A stretch of DNA of 64,000 bases from Felis catus (taxonomy: Eukaryota), in contig NC_058368.1 of the NCBI RefSeq assembly GCF_018350175.1, positions 99,946,001-100,010,000 on the forward strand, in the 5' to 3' direction. The notes under the pieces are model-generated. The model saw only the letters and a list, made by a program, of their open reading frames with translations, was not told the DNA's origin and did no database searches. The position numbers and the translations under genes were made by a program. Positions 14,675 to 30,848 of the stretch are shown here, piece after piece (the first letter of the stretch is position 1; every line of letters starts with the position of its first letter).

Positions 14675-14885
14675 CAGGCTCTCCATGGGGGCAATTTTGT
14701 CCTCTAGGGGATATATGGCAACATCTGGAGGCATTTTGGGTGGTCAGCTGGGAAGAGGGAGTACTGGCATCTAGGAGGTAGAATGCAAGGATTCTTCTAA
14801 ACATCCTAAAAGCACAGGTCATGTCCCCACAAGTAAGAACCATCTAATCCAAATGTCAGTAACATGGGGGTTGAAAACTCAGGTA
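14675..14885 (+). mobile_element. MER20-like hAT-Charlie DNA transposon relic
   Basis: ggggcaattttgtcctctagggga...tggcaacatctggaggcattttgg...tactggcatctag...ctaaacatccta...gttgaaaactc resembles the MER20 consensus as I recall it. Confidence 0.75.
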
Positions 14886-15003
14886 AAGCAAGTGTCAGCT
14901 GTTAAAATCCTTTCTCAGGACTTGGTTATAAGTGGTCCTGTGGATAATCCAAAACATGCTTATGTCAATTAATTTTATATTTTTATTTAAAATTTAAAAA
15001 TCA

Positions 15004-15172
15004 GGGGGTCCTGGGTGACTTAGTCAGTTGAGTGTAGCACTCTTGATTTCAGCTCAGGTCATGATCCCAGGGTCGTGGGATCAAGCCCCATGTTGGGCTC
15101 CATGCTGCTTAAGATTCTCTCTCTAAAATAAAATTTAAAAAAATAAAAAAATTAAATTAAAAAAAATTTTTA
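15004..15172 (+). mobile_element. Can-SINE (short, older)
   Basis: gggggtcctgggtgacttagtcagttgag head, A-rich tail. Confidence 0.85.
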
Positions 15173-15934
15173 AAGACTATTCCTTCCGAAAAATTTCTGA
15201 ACTCTCCATCTGTTTGATGAAAACTAAAACTGCAATAACTTAGAGCTTCCATTCTGAAGAAGTTAATTTTCTTATATTATATTACAAAATTCCCACCAAG
15301 CTTTTGGATTTCTGAATCTTGATCTATTTATTTTATAGCCTGAATATTTATACACATGTAGAATTACTCTTGAATGTCAGTAAATTACATCACCAGAAAA
15401 ACATTTGCTGGCCCATAATTGACCACAACACCATACAAAAGACACACAAAATTTACTTCAGAATCAATACTATATTATAACCAAAGATCTGGATATACAT
15501 TCCTACAAAGGGATGATGGGTATGAGAAAGTTTGCTAAGTATAATTATAGATCAGTCTAAAAATGAGATAGCATTTTAGAATTCTAATACCATCTTCAGT
15601 CTATCAAAAAAGTATTTATTGGATACCTGTTATGTGGAATGGTCTTTCTACAGTTTAATCTTAGGTCAAGTACAATGTATGTTTTCCCTTCGAACCAATA
15701 TCCAAGTTTAATGGGTTCCAGCCAGTATGCCTGGAAAATAAATTCTTGCCACGGATAAAGAAACCAGAATGCTTTTGAAGCCAAATTTTTGTTTGTTGTA
15801 ACAGTAAGTTTCAACACAGTGCACCTTTCAGTTCCTTTTCAATCTCTTCTAGGCAGTTGCTGCAGATCGTGGAACATGTTCAGCATGTGCAAGGGCATAT
15901 CCACCCTTCTCTAAGAGGCAGTATTAAGACATCA

Positions 15935-16135
15935 GCCTAGGAACTTCCTCTGACTCTGTATTGTCCTGACAACTGTGACTCCTGGACGTTATCTATCCTC
16001 CCATTTCCTCATTTGCACAAAACAGATAAGAAAATGTTTTCATTAGTATTTTGACGACTAAATGAGGTAATATGGAGACAGCTGAAAACAATACTTGACA
16101 CTTGATAAACTCTCAGTAAATGTTAGCTGTAATTA
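15935..16135. mobile_element. MIR relic
   Basis: MIR core-like words (ctgtgact...tttcctcatttgca...taaatgaggtaata...ctcagtaaatgttagct). Confidence 0.55.
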
Positions 16136-16197
16136 TTTCTTTGAATTATAATAAGAGACAAAAAGTTTATAAAAATAGCAGAAGATTGCTAAAGGCT

Positions 16198-16418
16198 AAT
16201 TTTTTATTTTAATTTTTAAAAAAAATTTTAAGTTTATTTATTTTTGAGATAGCACATGTGCATGAGCAGGGAAGCGGTAGAGAGAGACAGAGAAAATCCC
16301 AAGCAGGCTCCGTGCCATCAGCGCAGAGCCCAACATGAAGATTGATCCCAAGACCATGAGATCATGACCTGAGCAAAATCAAGAGCTGGAAACTCAACCT
16401 GAGCCACCCAGGTACCCC
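16198..16418 (-). mobile_element. Can-SINE
   Basis: tttatttattt tail, gagatcatgacctgagc...gagccacccaggtacccc. Confidence 0.88.
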
Positions 16419-17689
16419 TTAACACCTCTGGATGTTTGAAATGAGAAGCATTATTCTGCCTGAAGTAAACCATTCTCTTAATTCCTTCCAGGCATTCGTT
16501 CCACTAAAAATGTGACCATTTAGTATTTGTGAGTCCAATTATTATTTTTTCATCAATTCAAACAAATAAACATTTACTGAGCACCTCCTATGTTCCAGGG
16601 CAGATGGAGTCCAGTGTGGAGTTTCAAAGATGAATAAGGCAGAGGTTCTTCACTCCAGAAGTTAATGAGCTAAAGTAAAACTGATATTGGCACAGAACCA
16701 AATATCACAAAAAAAATTGTTTCAGCCTGCTACCTGCTTCACAGGCTTGTTTAAAAATGTGTTAGTGATCAGCCCAAACTCAATGATAATGCGGAAAAAA
16801 CAAAGAGCAAAAGAACTGTATTTGCCTTCCTTTTGTTTGTCAAGAATTCTCTTTATGAAGACAGATGTTGATTACAGATGTGAGGAAATCATTCCAAGCT
16901 TCTATGTGCACTGATAGAAAACTCAAACACTCATGTGCACACACACAGACTCACACACACAACACATAACGAACAGACTTTTCCTTTTAATCTCATATGA
17001 GGTTCAATAAAATACTAAGCAAAGCTTCACCTCAGTATGTACTCCACTGAAATAGGTGATGGATACATCAGCCCCAAGAGAGATAAAACAGAAAAGAGAA
17101 CTGAAATTACAAGGACTGCATTACACTCTTGCCGTTTGCCTGATTCCCCACAGAGTTGTGGATGAGGCTTGATCTGCAAGCACTCTGTATATTTTTGGTC
17201 TTACCTAGCTTCTGTAAAGTTCCTAGGCTTTGCCTGTTAAGAATCTCAAAAGCAATAGCATTGTGAAAGAGCGAAAATAATAAAGCAGAGTTCTGTGTGG
17301 AAGATGAGGAGCTTAAGAGTTAACTAAAAAAACAACAACAAAATCCACACGTAATGATCCTATTGTAATATTCCCTGGGGGAGTATTTCTACCTGCAGCT
17401 TTCAAATCACTGTCCTTGTTTCTGCCATATTTATAACAATAACAGTAAAAAAGTCATGTGACTTTTGGGAAAAAAGAAACAATTTAGGATCATGTCACAG
17501 ATTAATAATGACAGATCATCCACATTTCAGCATCATTTGGTTCTATAATAGGAAATCAGCTCTAACATCTTGTATCCGTCAAGAACTGTGAAAGCTCAGA
17601 TTTCTACCATACTTGCAAGCTTCCAAGTTAGTGTACCACAATATCATAGGCATAGTTTCACAACACTATACTCCTAATCCAGAAAGAAA

Positions 17690-18085
17690 AGCACACTTCG
17701 TTAGTCAAGCCCTAGCTGTAGCCAGAGCATCATCACTTTTGCTGCAGGTCTCTGAGCCTCAATTGCCATGGGCCACCGCAAAACAGGCCAAGGAACACCT
17801 GTACGCAGGGGGCGGTACTCACAGGAAAGGAACTCGAGGTTAGCAAGCCCAAATCTTTTCTAATGGGCAGTCCGCCTGCTTTAATTTTGCCCCAGAGGCA
17901 GACATGATCTTCATCACAGTGGAGATGAAACCATCTGCCCTTTGCTCTCTAGTGAGAAATTTCCCTTCCTTTCTTCCTAGAGGGTTTGCTATAAAAACAC
18001 CCTTAAACAGATAGTCTAAGATGAGGCAGGCAGTGCCTTAGTTTGTAAAACATGTAGCAATGCCAAAGACCCACAGAGAATTACT
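17690..18085. mobile_element. Ancient LTR relic (MER77/MER68-like, family uncertain)
   Basis: GC-elevated block with gtttgctataaaaacacccttaaacagatagtc...agacccacagagaatt resembling old eutherian LTR consensus from memory. Confidence 0.4.
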
Positions 18086-21000
18086 GAAATACAAAAATAT
18101 AAAACATCAAAACCCCAAAAGAGCTAATGACTATAGTTTGCGTTTTTGGGGTCAATGTAACTACTGAACCATGCTGATTCCCAGTGTCTCATTAATTTAA
18201 ATCCAGAAAAGGGTTGACAGATACTTCCTTTTTTTTCCAGATCTTGACTTAGAGCATCAGGGATTTCATATCCACTACATTGGATTTGTTGTTGGGAGTA
18301 AGGGCTTTAATTCATTTCATATTCCTTCCCACCCCAATGATAACACTAGAATGGAAATAGCTTTGGCCAAAAAGCATATATATATAAAGCCATTTGGGTA
18401 TAGAATTTTTGTGTGTGGGTGAGAGAGAGAGAGAGAGAAAGAATGAAAGCTCTGGAATACCAAAAACTATCAGAACTCATTTCTCCTCCCCAACTCAGAG
18501 AGGCTACCTTACTTTCCACACAATCCACACAGCAATAATTATTGTATTTCTATCATGCTAAACTCCACTACAGAATACGTGCTGAATGTCATGCAATACA
18601 GAGCTAATCAAGGCAAGATTTCAAAGATTCCTTTTTAGAAAAATTAAATGGACTTCCAATCCATAATTAACTATCGCCCCTACTAGACAACCGGGACTTC
18701 ATTTTATCTTTGTATTTCAAATCCCTCACAAAGATGTTGAAAATGTAAGCACTCAAGGAAGTGCTATTAAATAAGATGAAATTTAAAAGATGCCCTGTCA
18801 GTATTCACACGACTACATCGAAATAAGTTCAAGGGACTCAATATATTAACAAAAACGTTTTTTCACCTGGACTAACAGTTGCACTATTGAGATAGATCTC
18901 ACATGTAGTTGTTTTGACCCTACTAAATGAAGCAGAGGAGGTTAATACTGTGTAGAAGTGGCAGTGATCCAAAAATTGGAAATTCATCTCCAGCCATCCA
19001 AAAGCTACCATAGCAGGTGGTTAGGGAGAATATAGCAAGTATACACACACCTTAACACAAGTTAGAAGAAGAGAACTACAATAAAGAATACATGTTTATA
19101 TAAAATATCAACTTCATTCTAAATCAGGCTAAATTCGCAAATACTTACTTCATAAACTTTGTTAAAAATTAAGGGTTGAATTTCCACTCCCTAATGGCTA
19201 ACTGAATGCAAAACCTTACTTATTTCCCCTCCTAAAATTTTCAAGATAACAGAAAAACATAGCAGTCAGGTCATGTAACAAGGAACTGGAGCCACAGTAG
19301 TCAGAGTATAATTTCAATCTACTGTTATTCTTTTTCAAGGCTGCCATTTGAAAGGTTCTAGCTACTTGACTATCAGAAACACAACAGTATTCTGACAAAA
19401 TTAAAAATCTCTCTGCTCTTCAGCCCAGATCTGAGAATATTTTTTTACAGTAAGTTGGAAATTTCAGGGTGTCAAAAGATACAGAAGATACAAGCCCAAA
19501 GAATTTATACTATACCTTTATTTCCTTTCCAAGGCAATGCCAAGGGATATTCCAAATCGATTCTTGCTCTTTCCATCCTTCTCCCAAGGTTGTGAGTTGT
19601 CAATCAGCATTATCTAGGACCATCAATTCACTTAGCTCGGGGGGGGGGGGGGTCATAAGGACAACAGAGAGGTGTACCAACCTCCTAGGCAGGCTCTGTG
19701 GTCAAGTTTGGTGACTGTCTTAAAAATAGAAAGTTATTTCCAAATGTTTTTGTTACCTCTCTGGCAAAGACTGTACGATCTGGGTGACAATTCAATTATA
19801 ACCTTCTTAAATCATTTCAGGTAGGTTCACAGGTCTCACCTTATTTAGAGCACTGAGAGGAAATATCATTTCTGATCTATGGTAGAAATTAAATTGGAAT
19901 CTGCCATCATTTCTACACAAAGGAACGCTCCTCAGAGAAATTTTGAAAACATTACACACTATACCCCCTTGTTACAGTACGCAGAATAATTCTACCCATG
20001 GAAAGATACACACCAGGCTTTAACTAGGAAAAATAGTTTGGCAAACTCATTTGTCTCCCATGAGAAAGATGAATCGACATGTCATCTTGGTAAAGAGCCC
20101 AGAGCTTTTTCCAAAGGTCTCCTACAGAGCTGCAGAGCGTTATGAACGTGACACAGGACACTGGTCCACAGAATACAGTAAAGGAGAAAGAGTTCTCCGT
20201 CCCTATTCCAGCTGGCCAGTCCAGGCCCTAATACTTCATGACTGTACCATCTCAATAGCCTCCAAACTAGTCTGATATCCTTCAAATCGTTCTTCACATG
20301 CTAATAGCCTCCCACACGGCTGGCAACATTTTATTTCTAAAAATGTAGTTCTAAGAACATTATTCATCAACTCAGAATTTTCTCAACTTCTCACCACCCT
20401 TAGGATGAGTGTAAACTCCTTAGAATGATTCCTTTACGCTCTGATATGAAGGTCTAATTCGCCCCTCTAGTTCCATTCTCCTTCATTTCCCCTCCGCCCA
20501 AGCCCATCAAGCTGAACTACTCACCTTTCTTCATTCCTTCAAGTCTCCACTCCTTTTCCAATATTCCTCTCTATTTGGAAATCATGTGCTACAGAGAATT
20601 TATCAAGATACGTGACTCTGTGCTGCACAATGAGACTGGAATGCGAGTACAAGTAAATCAGGTATTTGTATGTCGCCAGGGCTGGGTATTGACAAAGCAG
20701 GACTATGAAAAGTTTACAAGAGTGAGGGCACATGATATGGTCTCTAGAATAGTCTGGGTTGAATAGAGAGACAGGTGAGATCTACAAATGGCTGCAGGAC
20801 TAGGAGTAAGGCAGTGAAACAACTGATGGTCAAGGGAAAGGAGCTAACAGTTTCCATTGTAGAAATAAAAGAACAAAGACATGAAATCTCTGAAGTTGAG
20901 CAGCTCTGCATGATGGCAAATTGCAAATGTTGAGTGGCAAGTACAGACAATAAACAGAACTCCAAGATTTTTTAATTGGGAAGGTCAAGGGCTATGAGGC

Positions 21001-21669
21001 TAGGGTTTCAAAAAGCTTATACAGATGAAATCAGCCAAGTGAAGGCAGAAGATGAAGGAAAAAGGAAAATCTTGTTTTCACTGCCACAATTCTTCTCCAG
21101 ATGGGTTGTCCTCTGAAGGAGGGGAAGAAGATGTCACTGAAAAGGCATATAAACCATCATACAACTAGATGGCATGGGCCTCAGCTCACTGAACAACCTA
21201 AAATCAAACTAAAATACATCTCATTTAACTCCTTGAAATAAAATAGAACTTAAGATAATGAACATTTAAAAACAATTCCTCAAAAAAGTACTCAAAGAGT
21301 TTATTTGTATTTTTATAGTTTATTGAAAAAAGGAAGATAGATTTTTTTCTAAGCAAACAAACACTCAAAAGGCACATGTCCTGGACCAAATGCACACAGT
21401 AGAGAGAACTGAAGTTTAATTATAACCATGTAAAACCTCCCAGAGTAAAAATATTGTAATCCACGTTAAGATAACTAAACATTTCACTTCCTGACAAGAT
21501 TTAAAGTGTAGTAATAAAAATGGCTTGCTAGATTCCAGAAGAGAAAAGAGAATCCTGCCCCTGATGTTCAACCAGTTTTTCCCCAGGAACTCTGTTACCA
21601 GAAGAGGCACTGCTGACACGGAGCACTACTTCCTGCTTGGCTGTACCAACCCACAGAGATGTGAATAGA

Positions 21670-21870
21670 TTTTTTTTTTAAGTTTATTTATTTTTGAGAG
21701 AGTGAGAGAGCAGGAGAGGGGTAGAGAGAGAGGGAGAGAGAGAATCCCAGGCAGGCTCTGCACCATCAGCTTGGAGCCCGACTCAGGGCTCAAACCCATG
21801 AACTGTGAGATCATGACCTAAGGCAAAATCAAGAGTTGGACACTGAACTGACTGAGCCACCCAGGCGCTC
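21670..21870 (-). mobile_element. Can-SINE
   Basis: T tail, (GA)n, ...actgagccacccaggcgc. Confidence 0.9.
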
Positions 21871-22467
21871 TGACATGAATAAATTTTTATTACACATATA
21901 ATAGATACCCTGAAAATAGTCTAGGTTGTCTATCAAAGAAAAGAAATTTGTCATAAACCATCTGTTACGAGAAAGAAGAATGTTATTTCAGTAGACACCT
22001 TAAAAGTGGATGTACCTTTCAAATCAACATTCAAGTGTGCACATGGTAACCATATTTTATTCCTATGGTTGTTTGCCTTTATCTTAAAAAGAGAATAATA
22101 TTGATTGAGAAATCAGAAAGTATAACAAATATATTTTAAAAATCTAAATTTAGCTATATATAGTCAAACTCAGAGACGGTTATTAAATAATCAACCAACC
22201 TTTACAAGGTACTCCCCATTAACTGAATCACTGTAATGTGTTGGAGATATTCATGAACACTGGAAAGTAACATATCTTTCAAGTTGAACATTCTCAAAAT
22301 CTGAAAGAGAAAGGAAAAAAGGCCATTACAAAATGTACTGGTGATGTCAGAAAATGGAAAATAAAACAATAGCATCAATTTGGTGACTTAACATTTTCAA
22401 AACCAGGTTTTATGTAATATGGTGATGTTCTAAGTGACCACCTAATGTTAGAAAATGTGCTGTTCCT

Positions 22468-22684
22468 GGGGCACTTGAGTGGCTCACTCAACTAAGCGTT
22501 GGACTCTGGGTGTTAGCCCAGGTTGATCTCATGATTCATGAGATCAAGCCCCACGTCGGGCTCTATGCTGGCAGCGCAGAGCCTGCTTGGGATTCTCTTT
22601 GTCTCTGTCTCTGCCCCACCCCTGCTCATGCTGTCTCTGTCTCTCCCAAAATAAATAAATAAACATAAAAAAGAAAGAAAGAAA
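22468..22684 (+). mobile_element. Can-SINE
   Basis: ggggcacttgagtggctc head; TSD agaaaatgtgctgttcc. Confidence 0.9.
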
Positions 22685-23733
22685 GAAAATGTGCTGTTCC
22701 CGCTTACCATTATGTAGTCACTAATAAGTTAAAAAAACTATGGTATTCTCATATGATTTCTCCATCAATAAATTGCTGTTTAGGGTGCTATATAATTAGA
22801 AAGATATTTTAAATATGGCATATAAAGAAGTATCAACTTGGTGTTTTTATTCCTATTCACTCACATACTTTTTATTTGTAGCCTAAGAAATACTATGATT
22901 ATCCACAGATGATTAAGGTCCCCTTTGTGCCTTCTGGCGCTGTGAGACATATCTCACTGATGCTTCACAATAACCGGTAGAGAAATACATGAGACATAAC
23001 CTCAAAAGAAATCATGGCAAAAAGCAATGCCTCCACCACTCATAAGCAGTGAAATTGAGGGCAAGTGTCTTAACCTCTCTGAGCCGCTATTACCTCCTTT
23101 CTAATGCCTACCTCCTAAAGCTGTAAGCAATCAGTGAGATAGTTTGTCAAAACTTGAGTGCAGTGTCTGACTTTGAGAAAGTGCTCAATAAGTCACAGTT
23201 TGTATTACCATTATTATATAAAACCAGTAAGTAAGACAGGATAGGCAGAAAAGGAGATAAAATGTAACGCATCAAAACTGAGTGTCAGCAATAGAAGTGA
23301 GAAGCATTGCAGGAGCCCATAGTAGAGAGACAAGACAGGAACAAGGCAGTTTCCCAGAGATGCTTTCCTTGAGATCTTGCTGCTTGGTTTGGATTCAAAG
23401 ACAGAGCTCACAAAAGAGACAAGAGACAAAGAGTACAGCAGGCATGACAGAGGGCCTGTGGCACACGCAAATGTTAGGAACTACCTCGGTGTAGCCAGAA
23501 GGATGCTCTTGGGGAAGATAAGGGGACCTTCAATTGAAGTTTAATGCAGGAATAATATTGGAGAAGATATAAATACCAAAGCAAGGAGTTTAGATATACT
23601 CGGCAAATAAGAACTGAACAAAGTTCTCTAAAGCCTGAATTTTTATAGGGATGTATTTATGTACACTGATAAGTTAATTGAAGTACATTGTCAAAAAGTA
23701 CCTCCTGAGCTTTCTCAGATTGGGCCTTTATTT

Positions 23734-23748
23734 AAAAAGTCAAAAATA
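23734..23748 (+). repeat. 5' target-site duplication of the SARS1 retrocopy
   Basis: AAAAAGTCAAAAATA preceded by TTT (L1 endonuclease TT/AAAA site); identical copy at 25634-25648. Confidence 0.95.
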
Positions 23749-23801
23749 GGGCGCAGTGCGGCGGTCAGTGGCTGCGGTGATACGTTCTCCACGTCCCATA
23801 G

Positions 23802-25364
<1,563 letters not shown>

Positions 25365-25572
25365 ACATTCCTTCCTCCCGGTTTGTCAGGCTTTCGTTTC
25401 TGTCAGCTGGGATCTCAGAACCTGCCCACGGGCAGGGAAGCCAAGCACCCACTCGTCCCCGCCCCATCTGACTGCATTGCTAAAAGGGGAACAGTCTGCC
25501 GTGTACAATACAACGTTCCTGTCTCTTTGCATGGGCATAGGATCCAATCACTGATGACTGATGAAACCATGT

Positions 25573-25578
25573 AATAAA
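25573..25578 (+). terminator. Polyadenylation signal of the retroposed SARS1 mRNA
   Basis: AATAAA 18 nt upstream of the start of the poly(A) tract at 25597. Confidence 0.9.
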
Positions 25579-25594
25579 GCATCTCTGGGGAAGG

Positions 25595-25633
<39 letters not shown>

Positions 25634-25641
<8 letters not shown>

Positions 25642-25648
25642 AAAAATA
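25634..25648 (+). repeat. 3' target-site duplication of the SARS1 retrocopy
   Basis: AAAAAGTCAAAAATA directly after the poly(A) tail, identical to 23734-23748. Confidence 0.95.
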
Positions 25649-26274
25649 TAAAATTAAGCTTATCTTTCCTGGCTCCTGAAACAGCAGTTAATGTGATCCA
25701 CAAAACCTAGTACTCAAAACATGGTTTTTACATTTTAAATGAATATTGTTATTGATGGTAATGGAAAATAAGGATGTGTGCATAAAATTTCATCTTATAA
25801 CCCCAAGCATTACGTTGTCCAATAGTTTAACCTTTCCCTACTGTAGCAGCCGTCAAGGAGGAGCAAAATGAATGATTAGAATTCATCTCCTCTCTCTTCT
25901 ACCATTGGACATGCTAATGAGCATAAGAATTAGCAAAAAGCAGGAATGATGGGCCAGAGGTGAAAGCAGTAAATGACAAAAAAGCAAGTCACAAAAATGA
26001 AGAATCACTCTCTAAGTAATATAAAGTTGATTATGCGGTATTATGGATAATTACCCTTCAAAAGCACTTTAACAATGAAAATCATTTACAAACAGCTATC
26101 ACTTGCATACTCCTAAAGGGCTCACATCCTAATTGCCCCTAACTGCACTTGTTATTGCTAAACTAATGCATGTACAACGTGGGGCCGGGGTCTTTCTTTC
26201 ATGTCAAGGATAACACCGGGGTACATGAAAGCCCATCCAGTGTTCAATACTGCGAGGCACTAAGGAGTTAAGTG

Positions 26275-26510
26275 GATAATCATACAGGCACAGGAGCCAG
26301 ATTGCCTGGGTCAAAGCCTGACCCCACCTCTAAGGAGCTTTTTGATCTCAGGCAAGTGTTCTTAACTACTCTGTGCCTGAGTTTCTCAGCTTTGAAATAT
26401 GTGTTATAACAGTGCTGTCTAATAAAGCATACATAAGTCCATACATACAAGACACTTGCAAGAGTATCAAGAACATGATAAAAGTCAACAGAAGTTAACT
26501 AATAATTAGC
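26275..26510. mobile_element. MIR relic
   Basis: ggagccagattgcctgggtcaaagcc...ggcaagtgttcttaactactctgtgcctgagtttc. Confidence 0.65.
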
Positions 26511-26856
26511 TGTGTAAACAAAATGATAAAGAATTTCCAGAACGGAAGGAATTACGTCTACATATGACAAGTGGTGGGAGTCAAGGAAGGCTTCAAAAGG
26601 AAGATACTAGTTAGACCTGAAGTCTTGGTATGAAGGAAAATGGAGAAAGGACAATTTAGAAAGAGAACAAACAAGACTGAGGAACATGGAGGCACCTGGT
26701 GGACTCCAATGGTGGGAAGAAGACCTGTCTTCTAGAAGTGGTGGGAAGTGAAGCCAAAATCTTGGACATTAGGATACACACTGGTAAGGAGGTTCTAAAG
26801 CTTGTTAAGGTTAGGAAAGACTTGGCTAGACATAAGATTTAGAAGGAACTCAGCAG

Positions 26857-27170
26857 TGTGGTAGGGTCCCCCAGCCTAAGGAGAGAGAATAAAAGGGAGA
26901 GAAAACTTCAAGGTAACCTGGCTATGTGCCAATGTGACAACATCCCTCATGACCTGTAAACTGAGACTACTTAATCAGACTACATGCTTGTGTGTGTTAC
27001 CATATATGGAAGACAAAGAAATAGAAAATGTATAAAAAACTATGCCACATGACATTCAGGGCTCAGTTCTTCGGGTACTAACCCAACTGAGCGATGCTGG
27101 CATGAATAAAGTTGCTTCCTGGAAATTAAAAGGCCTCAGTGTCATGACTCTGGGTGAGAATCCTGCTACA
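26857..27170 (+). mobile_element. Solo LTR (ERV1-like), 314 bp
   Basis: TG...CA ends with imperfect terminal inverted repeat (tgtggtagg / cctgctaca), 4-bp TSD GCAG, TATAAAA at 27031, AATAAA at 27105. Confidence 0.85.
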
Positions 27171-30100
27171 GCAGCAGCCGAAAGGCTTCTTGAGCTAACG
27201 GTGAGATAACCCAGATTCACTGAAAGATAGTATACTGTAAGGCTATCACTGCAGATTATTTAAATCCTAAATCCATCAGCCACTGCACATATACATATAT
27301 GTATATATGTATGTATGTATGTATGTGTGTGTGTGTATATAATATATAATCTTTAACAAAACTTTGTGTAACTACTTGCCGTCATATGGTGCATATACTC
27401 GAGATCAACAAATTTAAATGATCTGCTCAAACAAACACAGCTAGTAAGAGGCAGAACTGAGTCTTCAAACATCCATGTCTATTGGGTGCCAGGGCCCTCG
27501 TTCTTTCCACAACATCTAGCTCCCTTCCCAGTCTGTTCAATGGCATTAATCTAACACAGCCAACAGTAAGGACCTATACATGGCTATAAGCAATGTAGAC
27601 GAACAGTGGATGGTTGCTTCCCAATGTCTTGACCATGAGCTATGAAAGGGGAAGGTAGCAAATGTAATTCTCAATTCCCTAGCATGAGTAATCAGCCTCT
27701 GAGTGGAAGAAAGATATTTTATGAGAAAGGTGACAGACTTAGTTTAAATATGTGGTGAATTTGAAGTGCCTTTGAGACATCCACTTGGAAAGATTCAGTT
27801 GGCAGGTAGAAAGAGAGCTTGAAGCTTCCCAGCAAGGCTAGGCTGCAGACAGACTTAGGAGATATCAAGGATTGGGTGATAGATGGTAATAAGAAAAAGA
27901 GAGATTTGTACAGTGGAAACATGTAAAGAAATAAGAAAATGAGAAAGAAGATCTTTTGTTTGTGATACTGGCTTAAATCATTAGTCCTTGAGAAACCAAT
28001 AATTTTAAGCCCTGTAATAGTTACTCCACTCTGCCAAACTATTGAAATGTGATAACACTTATTAATGACACACATTTTTCAGCTCTTGTCAAATGCATTA
28101 ATGCAGTCAAATGCATTAAAAGCATGCAAAGCATTGTTTAACTTTACCGAGCACCCCCTTACAGAAGTCATTAACCATCAAAATCTCTCTACAAGAAAAA
28201 GGCAAGAATTGCAATAACAGCTATAGATTAAAATTTGTGACTCGAACTAGGAGCTCAGCAAAATTATTGATAAAGCTGAACACAGACTCAGCTCTTCTGA
28301 TTTACACTCCAGAGTATTAGTCAGTGGAGTGACTGCATCTGTTGTTATAATGTGCATCTGTCCCTCCTTGGGACTGAATTGAAACTAAATCAGTTCACAC
28401 TGTTGTCTTAATAACTCTAAAATTATAATTGCTATTTAATCACTACTAAATTGGGCTTGGCCTTGATTTCTTGGCAAGTTTTATTTCATTAGTAATATAT
28501 TGAGTTTCTTTCTCTATTTTTTCCTATCTTCTTGCCAAACATCTCTTTCTAAAATGATAATATGCAAAGTCTCATTTTTTAAATAAAATTATAACCACAG
28601 TGTAAGGCAAATACGATTACAGATAAGTATCCTTTTCCATTAATAAAAAAGAATGCTACCATTAAGCATCATAAAAATATGACAAGTCCAGAAAATCTTT
28701 CTCAAGCACAAATTTCCTTTTACATGGCAGATCAACTTCACTAATACACAATACGTAAACTATGAAACTGAAATACGTCTCACATTTGTGTTTAAATTAG
28801 ATCAAATTTCATCCCTAAAAACACATTATGTTGATACCAGCTTCCTTGGTAATTACATTCTTGAATCCAGTTCAGAGAAAGTGTCTCCAATAGTCTAATA
28901 AAGAAAAATAAAAATTGTGACTTGATTGTGCTTTTTTGATACCTACTTAGGAATAGTTAGAATGATGCATGCACGAAGTTAAGAGGTATTTTAATAGCAT
29001 TAAAACATAAAGAATTAAATTGTATGCTTGACTGAATCACTGTAACTTCTTGCCCTTGGTTTTCTCAACTATAAAATGAAACAGCTAATCTTAAATTATT
29101 TTGAAGTCTTTTCTAGTTCTAATATTTTAAGATGAAGTGACAGTACCAAGGGCTAAGTGTAAGAGAACCTCTAGACCAAATTTCCCATGGCACTCAAGAC
29201 CCCTCCCAAATGAGCAGAGCAACAAAGTAAACACAGGGGATTATTATATAAGGGCAGCCTGATGCCAACTCACAACCCTCCCACCCAACAAGATGGCTGG
29301 TCCCAACCTTCTCTGATAGAGACATTTTAGAGCTAAATGGCTCATACTCTTGATTCTTTTAGTTTCAATAACTATTACATGTATTCATTGACAAGTCTGG
29401 AACCAGAACAAGTATTTGTCAACCAAGGGACATCGTTAAAGCATACCTTCATAATTAGGAAAGGTAAAGAACATTTTGTTTTCTTTCCTATAATCCAAGA
29501 TAACCTAAAATAAATGTCATAATATTCCTTCCACTACGCATATTTTGGATTTCATCACACCAAAACTAGACCCACGGCTGTAGTTTAAAAGTTTTAGTAT
29601 GTTTCCCATGAGGATGCAGGAGTTCTGCTATTAAGACTTTCCTTTCAAGGTCACTGACACATGCAACTGAAGCACTTGGGAGATAATCCTATGTTTGATT
29701 TAAGAGACAGAAGTTGAACTAAAATAAGCATATTGAGAAGCACTAGATGCTAAATTATTCGCTCAGGTTCTGTAACTAGAAAACTGGAATTAGCTTGTGC
29801 CTTGGGCACTAGTACATTAAAGTTTTAATATAAAAAGTTCTGCTTATGACTTTGCCCTGATGACTTCTTGTCACTTGTATGCCAAAAAAAAAAAGCCATA
29901 TGGAAAAGCACATCAGGGCATGGGCAATAAGTAATTAACTGCTCCTCACTTAAAATCTTTTATCATACAAGGCAGAAACTGTCTCCTAATGACATTAACT
30001 TACTTAAAATGAATAATACATGGCAAAAAATGGGTCCCTGAAGTTCAGAAAGGGGATTTGACTCTCTTTTAGTGCATTGTACAGACAAGGCAAGGGCAAT

Positions 30101-30848
30101 TCTCATTAAAGTGTTGAGCATATACTCATAGACCAATGAGGCACAGAATAATTACACATACCTCCCAAAAGACAAAGAACATTAATAATGTTACCTCATA
30201 CACACCTCAAGGATCAGGACTGAAGGAAGTGATTACAGCATAAAGCGATTGTTTCTAAATGTTCCTGCAAGGGATCTGATTAAATTTTCATGATATTCTA
30301 AGAGATTCTTCCTTTCATATATCTTGAAAAGATGCAGAGTATATAATGAGTTTAGAGGAGAAATAATTTTTATTCTTTTCTAGGTTAAATTATTCATTGA
30401 TTTATTAAATATCTAATATATTTATTTCATCCTTAAATATCTCATCTATTTATTTAAATAACATCAAGATCATTCTTTTCATGGGCAACTAGTAAACAAA
30501 ACCAAACTTAATAATTTCAATGATAGGCTAAACTGTTTTCTTTGAGCAAATTTTAAACATCTTGGGCAAGGTTTCAAGGATGTCCACAATGACAGTGTTT
30601 TATAATGCCACTGTAATGTTTTAGTATATCTAAGCAGTTTACAACGTAACTCTATTTTTTATTGAGGTCTTGAACAATTACTCAGTAGTTAAAACAGAAC
30701 ATATATGAAAAGCAGCCATTTATCACAAATTCATAAACATTTTAACAGGAAAAATATGATTTCTGCTTTTAGAAAGTTATACTCTTTTAGTATAAAAATA
30801 AATGCACATAAAAAAATAAAAGGAAACTGTCTACAAGAATGTTTTTAA

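Noticed and set aside
19639..19652. G14 homopolymer
   Set aside because: Isolated mononucleotide run with no supporting context.
30004..30037. Possible 34-nt minus-strand exon with gtaagt donor
   Set aside because: Very short, no recognisable peptide, and it cannot be chained confidently with other candidates.
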